Assembly (NCBI RefSeq): GCF_006345805.1
Contig: NW_021825742.1
Location: 1 to 14,581 of the forward strand
Source: Octopus sinensis
Taxonomy: Eukaryota
Length of the DNA stretch: 14,581 nucleotides
Direction: 5' to 3'
The notes below the pieces were generated by a model, which saw only the letters and a program-made list of their open reading frames with translations, ran no database searches and had not been told where the DNA came from. Positions 1-9,877 of the stretch are shown one piece after another (positions within the stretch are counted from its first letter, which is position 1; each line of letters starts with the position of its first letter). A program made the position numbers and the translations under genes.

Positions 1-23
1 AAAGAAAGAAGGAAAAGGAAGGA

Positions 24-63
<40 letters not shown>

Positions 64-75
64 GAAAAGAGAGAT
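1..75. repeat. (GAAA)n/(GA)n purine microsatellite, cut by the window edge
   Basis: Direct reading: aaagaaagaaagaaag... grading into gagagatag. Confidence 0.95.
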
Positions 76-367
76 AGATGGAGGAATGAAGTGCGTGGAC
101 AGAGTTGCATATTTTTTTTCTATATAAAATCTGAAATACAAACCGTACAGAATGACGAGTGGGTGTATAAGATACAAATCGATGGTTGTACGGCTTTAGA
201 TCCTGTATAATCGATCAAATCTACAACACATGGGTAATTGTAAAAACATAGGACAAACCCATTACTCTAAATATACCTTGTACACCATCACTTTTGCTCC
301 AGTAATCGCATTTACTCTTGATATAAGATGTCACCAAATAGTCGTGGGCCGCGGTATTTCTTTCTAC

Positions 368-551
368 GGTATTTCGCCCGCCGCTGCATTCTGAGTTCAA
401 ATTCTGCCGAGGTCGACTTTGCCTTTTATCCTTTCGGGGTCGATTAAATAAGTACCAGTTATGCACTGGGGTCGATATAATCGACTTAATCCGTTTGTCT
501 GTCCTTGTTTGTCCCCTCCGTATGTAGCCCCTTGTGGGCAGTAAAGAAATA
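368..551 (+). mobile_element. 5'-truncated tRNA-derived SINE (family 2) with 16-bp target-site duplication
   Basis: B-box-like GAGTTCAAATTC (393-404) and central GTCGACTTTGCCTTTTATCCTTTCGGGGTCGAT...GTACCAG...CTGGGGTCGATATAATCGAC, shared with copies at 5355, 5533, 5717 and 6733. GGTATTTCTTTCTACG occurs at 353-368 and 552-567. Confidence 0.9.
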
Positions 552-932
552 GGTATTTCTTTCTACGTATTGTATACAAGCTTTATTTCCCTCCTGTCCA
601 TTTTATTCTATACACCCATATTTTCATGTCCTTTTTAGCCGACATCAATCTTTGTCCAGAAAATGATGAACGGCAATTCAATCACAAGTAGACAACCTTT
701 AAAAATATCCCTGGTACATCTAGGACTACATTATCCACTGTGTTTTCCTGCTAGTCGTACAGTTAGTGTGAAATGGGGGAGGTTTAGCTACTATTTCTGA
801 CAGATTTTTTCTCCAAACGTTAAATATTTCTGTTACAATCGTTTTGTAGCTTTAATGAAATTCATTTCTACTCTTGGACAAATATCGAGGATTGGTAGAA
901 TATATTAATCGGCAATTTAATTGGTCGCACTG

Positions 933-1315
933 TGGAGGCGCAATGGCCCAGTGGTTAGGGCAGTGGGCTCAGGTCATAGGATCGCGGTTTCGATTCCCAG
1001 ACCGGGCGTTGTGAGTGTTTATTGAGCGAAAACACCTAAAGCTCCACGAAGCTCCGGCAGGGGATGGTAGTGATCCCTGCTGTACTCTTTCACCACAACT
1101 TTCTCTCACTCTTACTTCCTGTTTCTGTTGTACCTGTATTTCAAAGGACCGGCCTTGTCACTCTCTGTGTCACGCTGAATATCCCCGAGAACTACGTTAA
1201 GGGTACACGTGTCTGTGGAGTGCTCAGCCACTTACACGTTAAATTCACGAGCAGGCTGTTCCGTTGATTCGGATCAACCGGAACCCTCGTCGTCGTAACC
1301 GACGGAGTGCTTCCA
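933..1315 (+). mobile_element. Full-length tRNA-derived SINE (family 1, ~383 bp) with 15-bp TSD
   Basis: A box TGGCCCAGTGG (944-954) and B box GGTTTCGATTCC (986-997) in a tRNA-like head, followed by a non-tRNA body. Perfect direct repeat TAATTGGTCGCACTG at 918-932 and 1316-1330. Confidence 0.93.
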
Positions 1316-1720
1316 TAATTGGTCGCACTGAAATGTTGGTACGTTCTTTGTAAAATTTCATTCGGAGGAAGGTCAAGTACAGTGACTGAAGAATCCGACC
1401 CAGAACGTAAGATTAACAATCAACCTCTACACACAACGATCGTGCAATTTTTAATATCCATCATTACTACTTACCGATTTGTGCAGTCAACGGCTTCCCG
1501 CCTGAAAAATCGAGAACGTGAAACCCAAAGGAATGGAAATATGAACATTTCAGTCATAATGGAAACATTAAGCAAACAAAAATTAAATAGGTGAATTCAT
1601 TTGGAATCTTTTTCCTTATGATTCTTTAATTTCAATTTCATATTTATAATCTTGCTTCGTATTATGATGAAATGATAATCTCTCATGTAATAGATAGAAC
1701 ACCTGTGTATGTATACAAAA

Positions 1721-1776
1721 TGTGTGTGTGTGTATTTATGTGTATCTATGTATAGGTATATATGCATATATGTAAA

Positions 1777-1860
<84 letters not shown>
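1721..1860. repeat. Compound microsatellite (TG)n-(TC)n-(TA)n
   Basis: Direct reading. Confidence 0.95.
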
Positions 1861-1863
<3 letters not shown>

Positions 1864-2153
1864 AAAGCAATTAAGATTCAAGTGAGTTCTGTTGAATCCA
1901 CATGAATTCGGTACTTAACTTAGATGCACCAGAAATCTATATGGTATTAACCATAAGATAATACGGGGTGATTATAAATAAGAAAAAAGCAACAAGAATG
2001 GATCAATATTCGGTACAATTGTTTCGTACGAAGACATCTTTATTAAGGCTGCAAATATTGCAGTAAATATAAGTGACCCGTACTCATCACCCGAAAAAAC
2101 ATCTGGGTTCTCCAAACATCTAAGGGGGTGGTGTTACACTCTGAAACATTCTG
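1861..2153. mobile_element. Unclassified dispersed repeat embedded in (TA)n, related to 12389-12651
   Basis: Flanked by (TA)n on both sides. 1902-1955 aligns ungapped with 12413-12466 at 44/54 identity. Carries TTTATTAAGGCTGCAAA, a motif shared with 12707-12939. Confidence 0.7.

Positions 2154-2222
<69 letters not shown>
2154..2222. repeat. (TA)n microsatellite
   Basis: Direct reading. Confidence 0.95.
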
Positions 2223-2224
<2 letters not shown>

Positions 2225-2689
2225 TCCTTTTTCACTAAGATAGGGCAAAAATATCGTTATTGATTCTTTGTATGTTTTCAGTTTTATCACATAATTTACG
2301 CAGATTTTTTTTTTATACTTTTTGTGGGAAAAGTTTTGTTTTGTGCTGCATTGAAAGTATCCCAGGTTTTCAGTTCCTCAAACAATGGTGAGGTCTTTCT
2401 CGATCCACTTCTACTTCGTTGAGTATTGTGAGATTGTGGCTTCCCATGAGCTTTTTCTTCTCTTCTTGTAAATATGACATTTTGAAAACCAGCCTACATT
2501 TTATTATTTAGATTTTCATTAGATTCTTTCGTTGTTTCTCATTTCTGCTCACAGCTCTTTTGTTACATCAAAATCTTTTTCTTTTTAAATACTCGATTCT
2601 TTGATGACGGAAAAGTAATTGTTAGGTTCATGGCTGTTTAGCTGTTTTGGATGAATTCTTTTGTCCTTTATAAGATTATCTTTGCAACC

Positions 2690-2771
2690 TATATATACAT
2701 ATGCATACAAACACATATATACATACATACACATGCAAACATGCATACACACACACACTGACCCACACACA
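2690..2771. repeat. Degenerate (CA)/(ATAC) microsatellite
   Basis: Direct reading. Confidence 0.85.
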
Positions 2772-2980
2772 TGCGCTCAAACAAACAAAAGGGAACGCAG
2801 TGTAAACAACGGACAGAGTCAAAACTATTGAAAAAGGTTGGAAGACGCAACGAAAATTTTAAGAAAATAAAAATAAGAAATAAGTGGAAATTTTACCGGT
2901 GAGTGTGTTACATTATAAGGCACAAAAAGAAAACGACTCTCCCCAGACACAACAGAATATTTTATAATAGTTTTTCAATT

Positions 2981-3155
2981 AATCCTTGTACTGTCTTTAG
3001 CAGTGTTTTGTAGTTGTTTATTACCTACAGCGTATACTTTGAGATCGTCCATATAGAAAACGTTGTCGATTGTTCTACCATAGTATTTGTATCCGTGTCC
3101 AGTTTTGTTTAACACGTTGAATTAAGGTGCTAGCGCCAGATAGAAAGGGCTAAAA
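2981..3155 (-). pseudogene. Non-LTR retrotransposon RT relic 1 (R4/Dong-type), containing YMDD
   Basis: Minus translation FSPFYLALAP*FNVLNKTGHGYKYYGRTIDNVFYMDDLKVYA, then after a frameshift TLLKTVQG. YMDD codons at 3055-3044. Matches the recalled LSPLLFCLAL...GY...HLLYMDDLKLY signature. Confidence 0.85.
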
Positions 3156-3554
3156 AATTTTTATAACCAAGAGCTTCAATCACTTTTTATTAGCTGAAAA
3201 CAACGAGTCCAAATCTTCAGAGGTCAGCTGTCTCAGGGTATCTTGAGGTGACCACACTACAAAAGTCCAAACGGCAACCGTAAACCGTGAAGTAGTTAAA
3301 GTAGTGCTGACCATAAACAAGCAGATAAAAACCACGCAACTCCAAAAGCGACATTAACTTAATCACGGGGCGTACAGATGATGCGCCGATTATTGCATTC
3401 ATTAGAAATAGACTCCAAGAATTTTAATTAAATACAGATTAATTAGGTAATCCACACAATGCAAGAAAACGTTCGAAGTATAGAAATCACGTTAATAAAT
3501 AATTAGTAACGACATCAAAGACAATAGCACTATACATTCGTTAATACAGTATAT

Positions 3555-4740
3555 AGTTAGGAGCTGTATCACTTTTGCGCTGGAAAATTCAAAATGCTTT
3601 CAGCAGTTGCCTTATTTTTCTGATTCAGTTCGTTCCGTTAACTTCTATTTTATTACGTCAAAGCTGTAGTTTATATCTGCGATGGTTATTTATATCATAT
3701 TCTATCATATTCCTAGCATTGAGTTAAGCTTTCCATATTAACTAGATTCTTTTGTGCTTCTCTCTCGTAATTTTCTCTTTAATTTCTCTGCGTTATATTT
3801 TATCACTTCCATTTATTCCAAAGTGTTTATATATTCTGGCTCTGGTTTAATTCTCTGATTGCAGTGTCTCTATCCAAATTGATATTCCCTGTTTTCATTA
3901 ATTTCCCTCTTCTTAATGTAGATTTGGTGCACATATTTATTTCACACTAATTTTGAATCTTTTTAGGATTAAATTTAAAACCGATTTTTAGTAGGCTTTT
4001 CCCATCAGGATATTATTTGAAAAATATTAACCATTTTTCATGTAATTCCTACAAAGGATATAGTTTATCCCAAGCACCAGTATTTCTTGGCGGGTTCCTT
4101 CAACAGATTCTTTAATGGAACTAAGACTAGGCAACACAGTAAACGGGATAATGCGCCTCTTTGACAGATTTATCTTCTGATATGTAGAAGGCGAGTTTTA
4201 TCTTTGCCTAGCTTGTAATGGCGACGTTGATTCCTTTTGTGACACGGCATGGGTCATGAATTTTGCTAGTTTGGAGTCTGTTTATTTATATAGTGTTTAC
4301 CAAATATTATCCAAGTATCTGGTTATTCTCGAATGTTTTCGGTGATCAATACAGATTACGCAAAGCTGTGTTTTCCTTTATTGCTGTCCTCCATTACACC
4401 TCGATTCACCATTAGCTACTCTTTGCGGTCATATCTTTCTTCCTTCTATCTTTTCAGTCTCTCATATGTCATTGCTCTCCAGGTGAATAACCAGTCTGTA
4501 AATCCGCCTTACTCTGTTTGCAATCATATTATCAACCTATGACGTTGCGGAATCAGTGTGGCAGGGATTGATGCGGTTTTTTTCCTTTCTGTATCCAGAC
4601 AGCTGTCGGTTTTAATATACTTGTCAGATCAGTGGGTGCTGCCACCACACACCCCATGGATAAAATATCGAGTATTTCTTCAAACCAAACGATTCGATTA
4701 TTGATGAGTTCCTCGTTAGTAATGGATCATTGTCCTTGCT
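3555..4740 (-). pseudogene. Heavily decayed non-LTR retrotransposon RT relic 2 (R4/Dong-type)
   Basis: Colinear minus-strand pieces across many stops and frameshifts: HLESNDI; RKE*LMVNRGVMEDS; CIDHRK(A)F (IDYKKAF motif); LSRLLCCLVLVPLKNLLK (LSPLLFCL motif); INYIL (YMDD deleted); FSNNILM; STLRRGKLMKTGNINLDRDTAIREL. Boundaries approximate. Confidence 0.7.
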
Positions 4741-5091
4741 GTTTTCTCTTCTAAACCATTCTACTTACTTTTGTTCTATTCAAACTTTTCTACCTCAAAA
4801 TTCAATCCTGTTTTCTTGGAATTATATTCACAATGATAAGACGTTCAGTGTTATATTTCTTTGCTGAATGTTTTCGTGTTTTATTCGAATACCTGAAAGA
4901 ATTACACTTTACGAAATGTGTTAACCTTCATATTAAGACTGACAGGATTTGTTTAGTCTTTAGTCATTAGTCTTTCAGAATGTCTTACTTCCTTTTATTG
5001 ATATTAAATTCTTTTAATTTACTTCCATTCCTTTCATCAATAAAGATATATCTTACCAATTTTTGTAACTTTGTATTGTATTTTCTTTTTA

Positions 5092-5230
5092 GGTGCAAAA
5101 TAGCCGAATGGTTAAGGAGTTTGCTTCGCGTCCATGAAGTCGCAGATTCGATATCATGGCCTAGCCTGTTGGCCAAATAGCATTTCCTGTAATCTCGAAT
5201 AACTGAAACTTGGTAGAGACAAGCTACATA
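5092..5230 (+). mobile_element. Degenerate tRNA-like SINE head
   Basis: A-box-like TAGCCGAATGGTT (5101-5113) and decayed B-box-like AGATTCGATATC (5144-5155) at tRNA-like spacing. No clean cloverleaf. Confidence 0.45.
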
Positions 5231-5354
5231 GAGAGATAAGTCGGGTGTATTATAGTTGTGATTTAAGAGGTAGAGCCAAGGGAGTTAAGTTAAGGCTATA
5301 CGCGCCTGTGGAATACTCGGTCACTTACACGGGAATTCTAGGTATCTCGATTGA

Positions 5355-5470
5355 TCGACTTTGCCTTCTAACCTTTCCGGTCGATAAAAATAAGCGCCTT
5401 TTGAAAACTGGGGTCGATGTAATCGACTCCCTCACACCTCATATTTGCTGGCTTTGTGCCGAAATTAGTA
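5355..5470 (+). mobile_element. SINE family 2 relic (3' half)
   Basis: TCGACTTTGCC...GGTCGATAAAAATAAG...CTGGGGTCGATGTAATCGACT...GCTGGCTTTGTGCC matches 412-486 and 6785-6900. Confidence 0.8.
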
Positions 5471-5532
5471 GGGTTCTAATAGTAATAGCAAGGATTATGA
5501 TAGTACAAGTTATTCTTATTAGTGTAACGAAC

Positions 5533-5715
5533 AGATGGAATCATTCAAGCGGGACAGTGAAATGTCTTCTGTTAATGATCTGCTGTCAAATCCCTCACAG
5601 CTTAACCTTCGCTTTCATCCAGCAGAGTCCATAAATCAATGCACCAGTCAAGCAGTTGCGCCGATGGCATCTGCTAAACCCTCCCCTCAAAGTTGTGCCA
5701 ATATTAGAAACCATT
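5533..5715 (+). mobile_element. SINE family 2 relic (old, near full length)
   Basis: GTCAAATCCC...CTTCGCTTTCATCC...GCACCAGTCAAGC...CCCTCCCCTCAAA...TTGTGCCAATATTAGAAACC follows the family order at low identity. Confidence 0.6.
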
Positions 5716-5716
5716 A

Positions 5717-5865
5717 CGGTGGGAGATTGCAGAATCCTTAGCACACCGGACAAAATGCTCAACAGCACTTATTCCGGCTTTACATTCTAAGTTCAAATGC
5801 TCCTTAGGTCCATTTTGCCTTTCATTTTCTGGGGTGTGGTGATATAGTCGACTTATCCCTTTTCA
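5717..5865 (+). mobile_element. SINE family 2 relic (tRNA head plus internally deleted body)
   Basis: A-box-like TTGCAGAATCCTT, then GCACACCGGACAAAATGCT, B-box-like AAGTTCAAATGC (5789-5800), TTTTGCCTTTCAT...GTCGACTTATCCC. Confidence 0.7.
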
Positions 5866-5924
5866 GCCTTCTTTTCTGCAACCATAACCATTCTCACCAT
5901 TACTGTTTGCTGCGACTATCCTTT

Positions 5925-6732
5925 GAAATCTATCATGTAAAGCCTCCACCTGCCATCAGATAACTTTTGTGCTTTTGCCTGGTTTTTAACTTAGTTTCGT
6001 TTTTCGGTTTTCCTATATCTTGCAGCTCTTAATAAACTTCCTTCATATTACCTGCATAGGAGTCCGTATCTACTCAAGCTACTCCTAACCAGTTTTCTAC
6101 TCATATTAGCCATCTTCCACCTTACTTTCTAGGTAGGTATACTCTTGCTACTCCTGTCCTTTGGTGGAATTCTTCATTCATGTTGAATTCCTCCTTAGTT
6201 CTTCTGTCTAGCTTTGCTAATTCAGTTTTTGTCCATTCTACAAAAGCTGCTGAGTATCTAACTAATGATACTGCCCGAGTATTTATAAACTTCACTAGAT
6301 TCAGAGCAGTTAGCTTTGACTTCATTAGCTTCCTCACCCTTCTCAATTTTCGTTTTCATTTCTGTTGTTAATACTCTGTCAGATTCTAATACTCCTTTCC
6401 TCCTTTCTAACTCTCTCCTCCCTTCAATGATTTTAATATCTGGCCATCGGATAACTGGATGCCTTCACTGTTGACTACCTGTCCCCTTCTCATAACTAAT
6501 ATTGCACCCTTATTTATGCCAAATTACATGCCTATATATTTGCTGAAGTCTCTTATATTCTGTATTAAAGGATCTATCTCTTTTTCATTCTTACTAAAAA
6601 GCTTCAGATCATCCATGTAGAGCAAATGGTAATTTTTTCCCTCACTATTTTATAACTGTCTTTGTCTTCCTTAATACTAAATTGAGGGGCAACAAACATA
6701 AGATGAACATTAATGGGGACAAGGAGACTCCA
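5925..6732 (-). pseudogene. Non-LTR retrotransposon RT relic 3 (R4/Dong-type), best preserved
   Basis: Minus translation GVSLSPLMFILCLLPL; LLYMDDLKLFSKNEKEIDPLIQNIRDFSKYIGM*FG (YMDD 6619-6608); ILVMRRGQVVNSEGIQLSDG; ORF 6122-6346 RRVRKLMKSKL...AVSLVRYSA...WTKTELAKLDRRT...RVYLPRK, then *GGRWLI (YLPRKEGGRGL motif). Confidence 0.92.
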
Positions 6733-6907
6733 TCTTTACGATTCGAGTTCGTCCGTCTTTACGTTCTGAGTTCAAATTTCGCTGACGTTGATTTCGTCTT
6801 TCATATTTTCGGGGTCGAAAAATAAATACCAGTGAACCACTAGTATCGATGTAAGTGACTTATCCCCTCCGAAAAGAATTTCAGGCCTTGTGCCTATATT
6901 AGAAAGG
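6733..6907 (+). mobile_element. 5'-truncated SINE family 2 ending in an (ATT)n tail
   Basis: CTGAGTTCAAATTTCG...TTTCGGGGTCGA...ACCAG...GGCCTTGTGCCTATATTAGAAAGG, then (ATT)n. The 5' junction has a short imperfect tandem duplication TCTTTACG.TT..GAGTTC (6733-6750, 6756-6772). Confidence 0.85.
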
Positions 6908-7023
<116 letters not shown>

Positions 7024-7569
7024 GAGTGAGCGAGCAGAGCATGCCATCAAAGTGACACTGGGGTAAAATCTACGAAGTCCAGTTTATCCATCATAACTAC
7101 CCGTCTGATAAGGGTACACCAGGCACATGCATCACAAGCATATGTGCGCGACATGGTGATCTTGTATCAAGATAAACAGCACATGACCTTGCAGGTAGGG
7201 CCCAGTTAGAATTTTCTTATGGTTGAGTAGCCCATCCCGCTCAAAAGGTCCCTGACTAAAGGTTGTTTAAGGATGTTGAACAAAACACCCATGTTTCCAG
7301 AGGTGAATTATTCAAACCCCCAAGAATCCCTCTCAACACATGGCTATGATGCTCCCCTACTACTTCTACTCGTGATCAGAGATGCACATATCGTCAGCCA
7401 CTAAGGGACATGCTCAACCGGTTAAGGTCAAACAACTGACAAGCAAATCTGTGGAACTGAGCAGAATGTAGCCCATCTTTTATACCAAGACAAAACATGT
7501 ACATGATAACACTTCCAATCAGTTAAGATCAGAAGCCATGACAGCCACTGCCTGGTACTGCATCAAGGC
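7024..7569 (-). mobile_element. Unclassified ~546-bp element bracketed by (ATT)n; probable 3' end of an (AAT)n-associated retroelement
   Basis: Sharp complex-sequence block with (ATT)n on both sides (6908-7023, 7570-7587). On the minus strand it ends ...CTCACTC-AATAAT like a retroposon tail. No recognisable ORF. Orientation inferred. Confidence 0.6.
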
Positions 7570-7602
7570 ATTATTATTATTATTATTATCATCATCATCA
7601 TC
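7570..7602. repeat. (ATT)n-(ATC)n microsatellite
   Basis: Direct reading. Confidence 0.95.
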
Positions 7603-8175
7603 AATAGTATCAGCCGCAGCACCAGCTGGAGCAACACATCGATAGTAGTAATAGTAGCGCTACAGAAGCAGCAGCGGCGGTGGTGATGGTGGGGGGGGGG
7701 AAGAAATCAGAATAAAAGTGAAACTAACGCAGTATTTGAATGTGTAAGGGGTAGGTGGGTGGGTGGAGAGGGTGTTTGTTGTTTATTGAAATCTCATAGC
7801 AATTGGAGTAAAACGGGTGGATTCTTCTAGGTGGTGGTGGTGTGGGAGGGGGCGAGGGACAGCTGACACAATCTAAAGTATTGAATGACATTAGGGAGAG
7901 AGAATACAAATATAGGGGGTCACAGCATGAAGAGGTGAAGGGGAGGAGTGTTGAAAGGGGAAGAGAGAAGAATTGGATGTTTTCAATCAAAGTGAGATGT
8001 TTCATCGATCAGGCGTATTGGTGCGGCTGATGAAATATTTTAGAGGGGGTGATGTCGAAATAGATACAGAGGGGGTGAGGTCATATATGGCGGGGTGTCG
8101 ATTTGGGTGTGGATTTTAGCCTCATGCATGGAGACAACAGCTGCACGGCGAGGAAATACCGCTTGCGGTAAGGTA

Positions 8176-8440
8176 GGTGGTGGTGGTGGTGGTGATGGTG
8201 ATGATGGTGGTGGTAGTGATGGTGGTGGTATTGTTGGTGGTGTTGGTGGTGGTGGTGGTGGTGGTGATGGTGGGGATGGTGGTGTGGTGGTGGTATTGTT
8301 GGTGGTGTTGGTGGTGATGTTGGGGGTGATGGTGGTGGTGGTGGTGGTATTGTTGTTGTTGCTGGTGGTGGTGATGGTGGTGGTGATGGTGGTGGTGGTG
8401 ATGGTTTTGGTGGTGGTATTGTTGTTGTTGTTGTTGATGG

Positions 8441-8474
<34 letters not shown>

Positions 8475-8680
8475 ATTGTTGGTGGTGTTGGTGGTGTTGG
8501 TGGTGGTGGTGATGGTGGTGGTGATGGTGATGGTGATGGTGATGGTGGTGGTGTTGATGGTGGTGGTGGCGGTGATGGCAGTGGTTGTTGTGGTTGTGGT
8601 CGTTGCCGTCATCATCGTCGTGGTAGTGGTGGCGTTTATGGTGGTGGTGGTGGTGGTGGTAGTGGTTGTGGTGGTGGGGG
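8176..8680. repeat. Mosaic (GGT)/(GTT)/(GAT) trinucleotide tract
   Basis: Direct reading; source of the 247-aa and 248-aa low-complexity ORFs. Confidence 0.95.
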
Positions 8681-8989
8681 AGAGTGTGATTTCTGTGCTT
8701 GTACGGATGGGAATAGTTGTGCTTATTGTTACAAAGAATTGTGTTGTCGTGGTGATCGTTTGTTGTGATTGCGCAAGTAGCATTGTTGTTGCTGTTGCTG
8801 TTGCTGTTGTAACGGAGAGGAATGGTAACAGTTGTTGGTAATACTGTTGTCGTTGTTCTTCACCTTGTTGCCGTCGTTATAACTTCTGACAACAATGGCG
8901 GTAAACGAGGTTAGGCTGGCATCGACACAAACAACCAGGCGTCGGCCATCACACACACCATTGGCACTCGACTCCCTTACACATATAAT

Positions 8990-9077
8990 TACATACATGC
9001 ATACATACACACACACACATATATACATACATACATACATACTTGCATGCACACATACATACATGCATATATACATT

Positions 9078-9109
<32 letters not shown>

Positions 9110-9404
9110 CTTACATGCATACATACATACATACATACATACATACATACATGTATTCATACATAGATGCATACATACATGCATACATGCATGCGTACAT
9201 GCATATAAACATACATACATGCATGCATATATACACACAGGAATACATACATGCATACATACTTACATACATACATACATACATACAAGCATTCATACAT
9301 ACATGCATGCATGCATGCATACATACATACATGCATACGTACATACATACGCACATACCTACATACATATATACATACATACGCTCATACCTACATACAT
9401 ACAT
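8990..9404. repeat. Degenerate (ATAC)n/(ATGC)n tetranucleotide tract
   Basis: Direct reading. Confidence 0.95.
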
Positions 9405-9484
9405 GTGGCTGAGTACCCCGGAAGATCCTTGCATCTGTAATGGATTTCCAGAGAAAGGAAAGGGTGAGAGCGTAAGAACAAGAT

Positions 9485-9488
9485 ACAC

Positions 9489-9535
<47 letters not shown>

Positions 9536-9546
9536 CACACACACAC
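9485..9546. repeat. (AC)n microsatellite
   Basis: Direct reading. Confidence 0.95.
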
Positions 9547-9724
9547 GCATAAGGTTAGTAGAGTTTGCGATTGGAATAACCGTATAAGGTATAAGAATAT
9601 CCCTCCTTACAACCAATATAAATGACCTATTTCAACCCCGGGCATGGGTATGCAAGCACACTGTGCTCATAGGATACAGGTAATAACAGAATAAACAACA
9701 ATTTATCCGGAATCAAGTTTATAT

Positions 9725-9877
9725 AAGCAGAAAATGGAGAAAATTTTTGATCAACCAAAAAATTAACTGCCATCGGTTAAATCTTTTTAAATACAAAACT
9801 TAAGTTCTGTATTAAAAAATAATAATCGATGATAGTTAATATGCTTGTTGATCAAAAATTTTCTCCATTTTCTGCTT
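9725..9877. repeat. ~153-bp foldback palindrome
   Basis: 9725-9755 AAGCAGAAAATGGAGAAAATTTTTGATCAAC is the exact reverse complement of 9847-9877. Inner arms imperfect; spacer-less centre AACTTAAGTT (9797-9806). Confidence 0.95.

Noticed and set aside
120-930. Possible decayed transposase on the minus strand after removing the SINEs
   Set aside because: Manual translation gave no motif I can recognise; a frameshift-aware protein search is needed.
933-1005. Possible tRNA gene
   Set aside because: The tRNA-like head continues into a 300-bp body and is enclosed by a TSD, so it is a SINE.
2020-2095. Minus-strand TGATGAGTAC...GTACGAAAC as a hammerhead
   Set aside because: The core starts GTGATGA, stem II would need a ~55-nt loop, and stems I and III do not close.
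5066-5180. Strong-looking acceptor TTTTCTTTTTAG|G at 5092
   Set aside because: The pyrimidine run borders a minus-strand LINE relic and leads into a SINE head. No donor or coding signal follows.
5245-5741. 129-aa and 68-aa plus-strand ORFs
   Set aside because: They run through SINE relics and have no recognisable domain.
7500-7569. HDV-like ribozyme at the minus-strand 5' end of the 7024-7569 element (also tried for 9933-10327)
   Set aside because: A partial P1 can be drawn, but there is no L3/P1.1 motif or J4/2 geometry.
8026-8062. CTGATGA...CGAAA hammerhead-like spacing
   Set aside because: No stem II, I or III pairing.
8120-8172. Plus-strand micro-exon (TTTTAG...GTAAGG/GTAGGT; 48 or 53 nt)
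   Set aside because: No real polypyrimidine tract, no recognisable peptide and no partner exon.
8040-8841. 247-aa Thr/Pro-rich (minus) and 248-aa Val/Gly-rich (plus) ORFs, plus an ATG-less His/Gln-rich minus frame
   Set aside because: All are translations of the GGT/GTT tract, which lacks stops in most frames. The repeat phase slips mid-ORF (Thr to Pro near 8284), as expected for non-coding slippage.
9401-9420. GTGGCTGAGTAC resembling reverse SINE family 1
   Set aside because: The match is only about 15 nt and does not extend.
8800-9550. CRISPR-like or spacer-bearing array
   Set aside because: Repeats are 2-4-nt microsatellites with no constant repeat and unique spacer structure, in a eukaryotic context.
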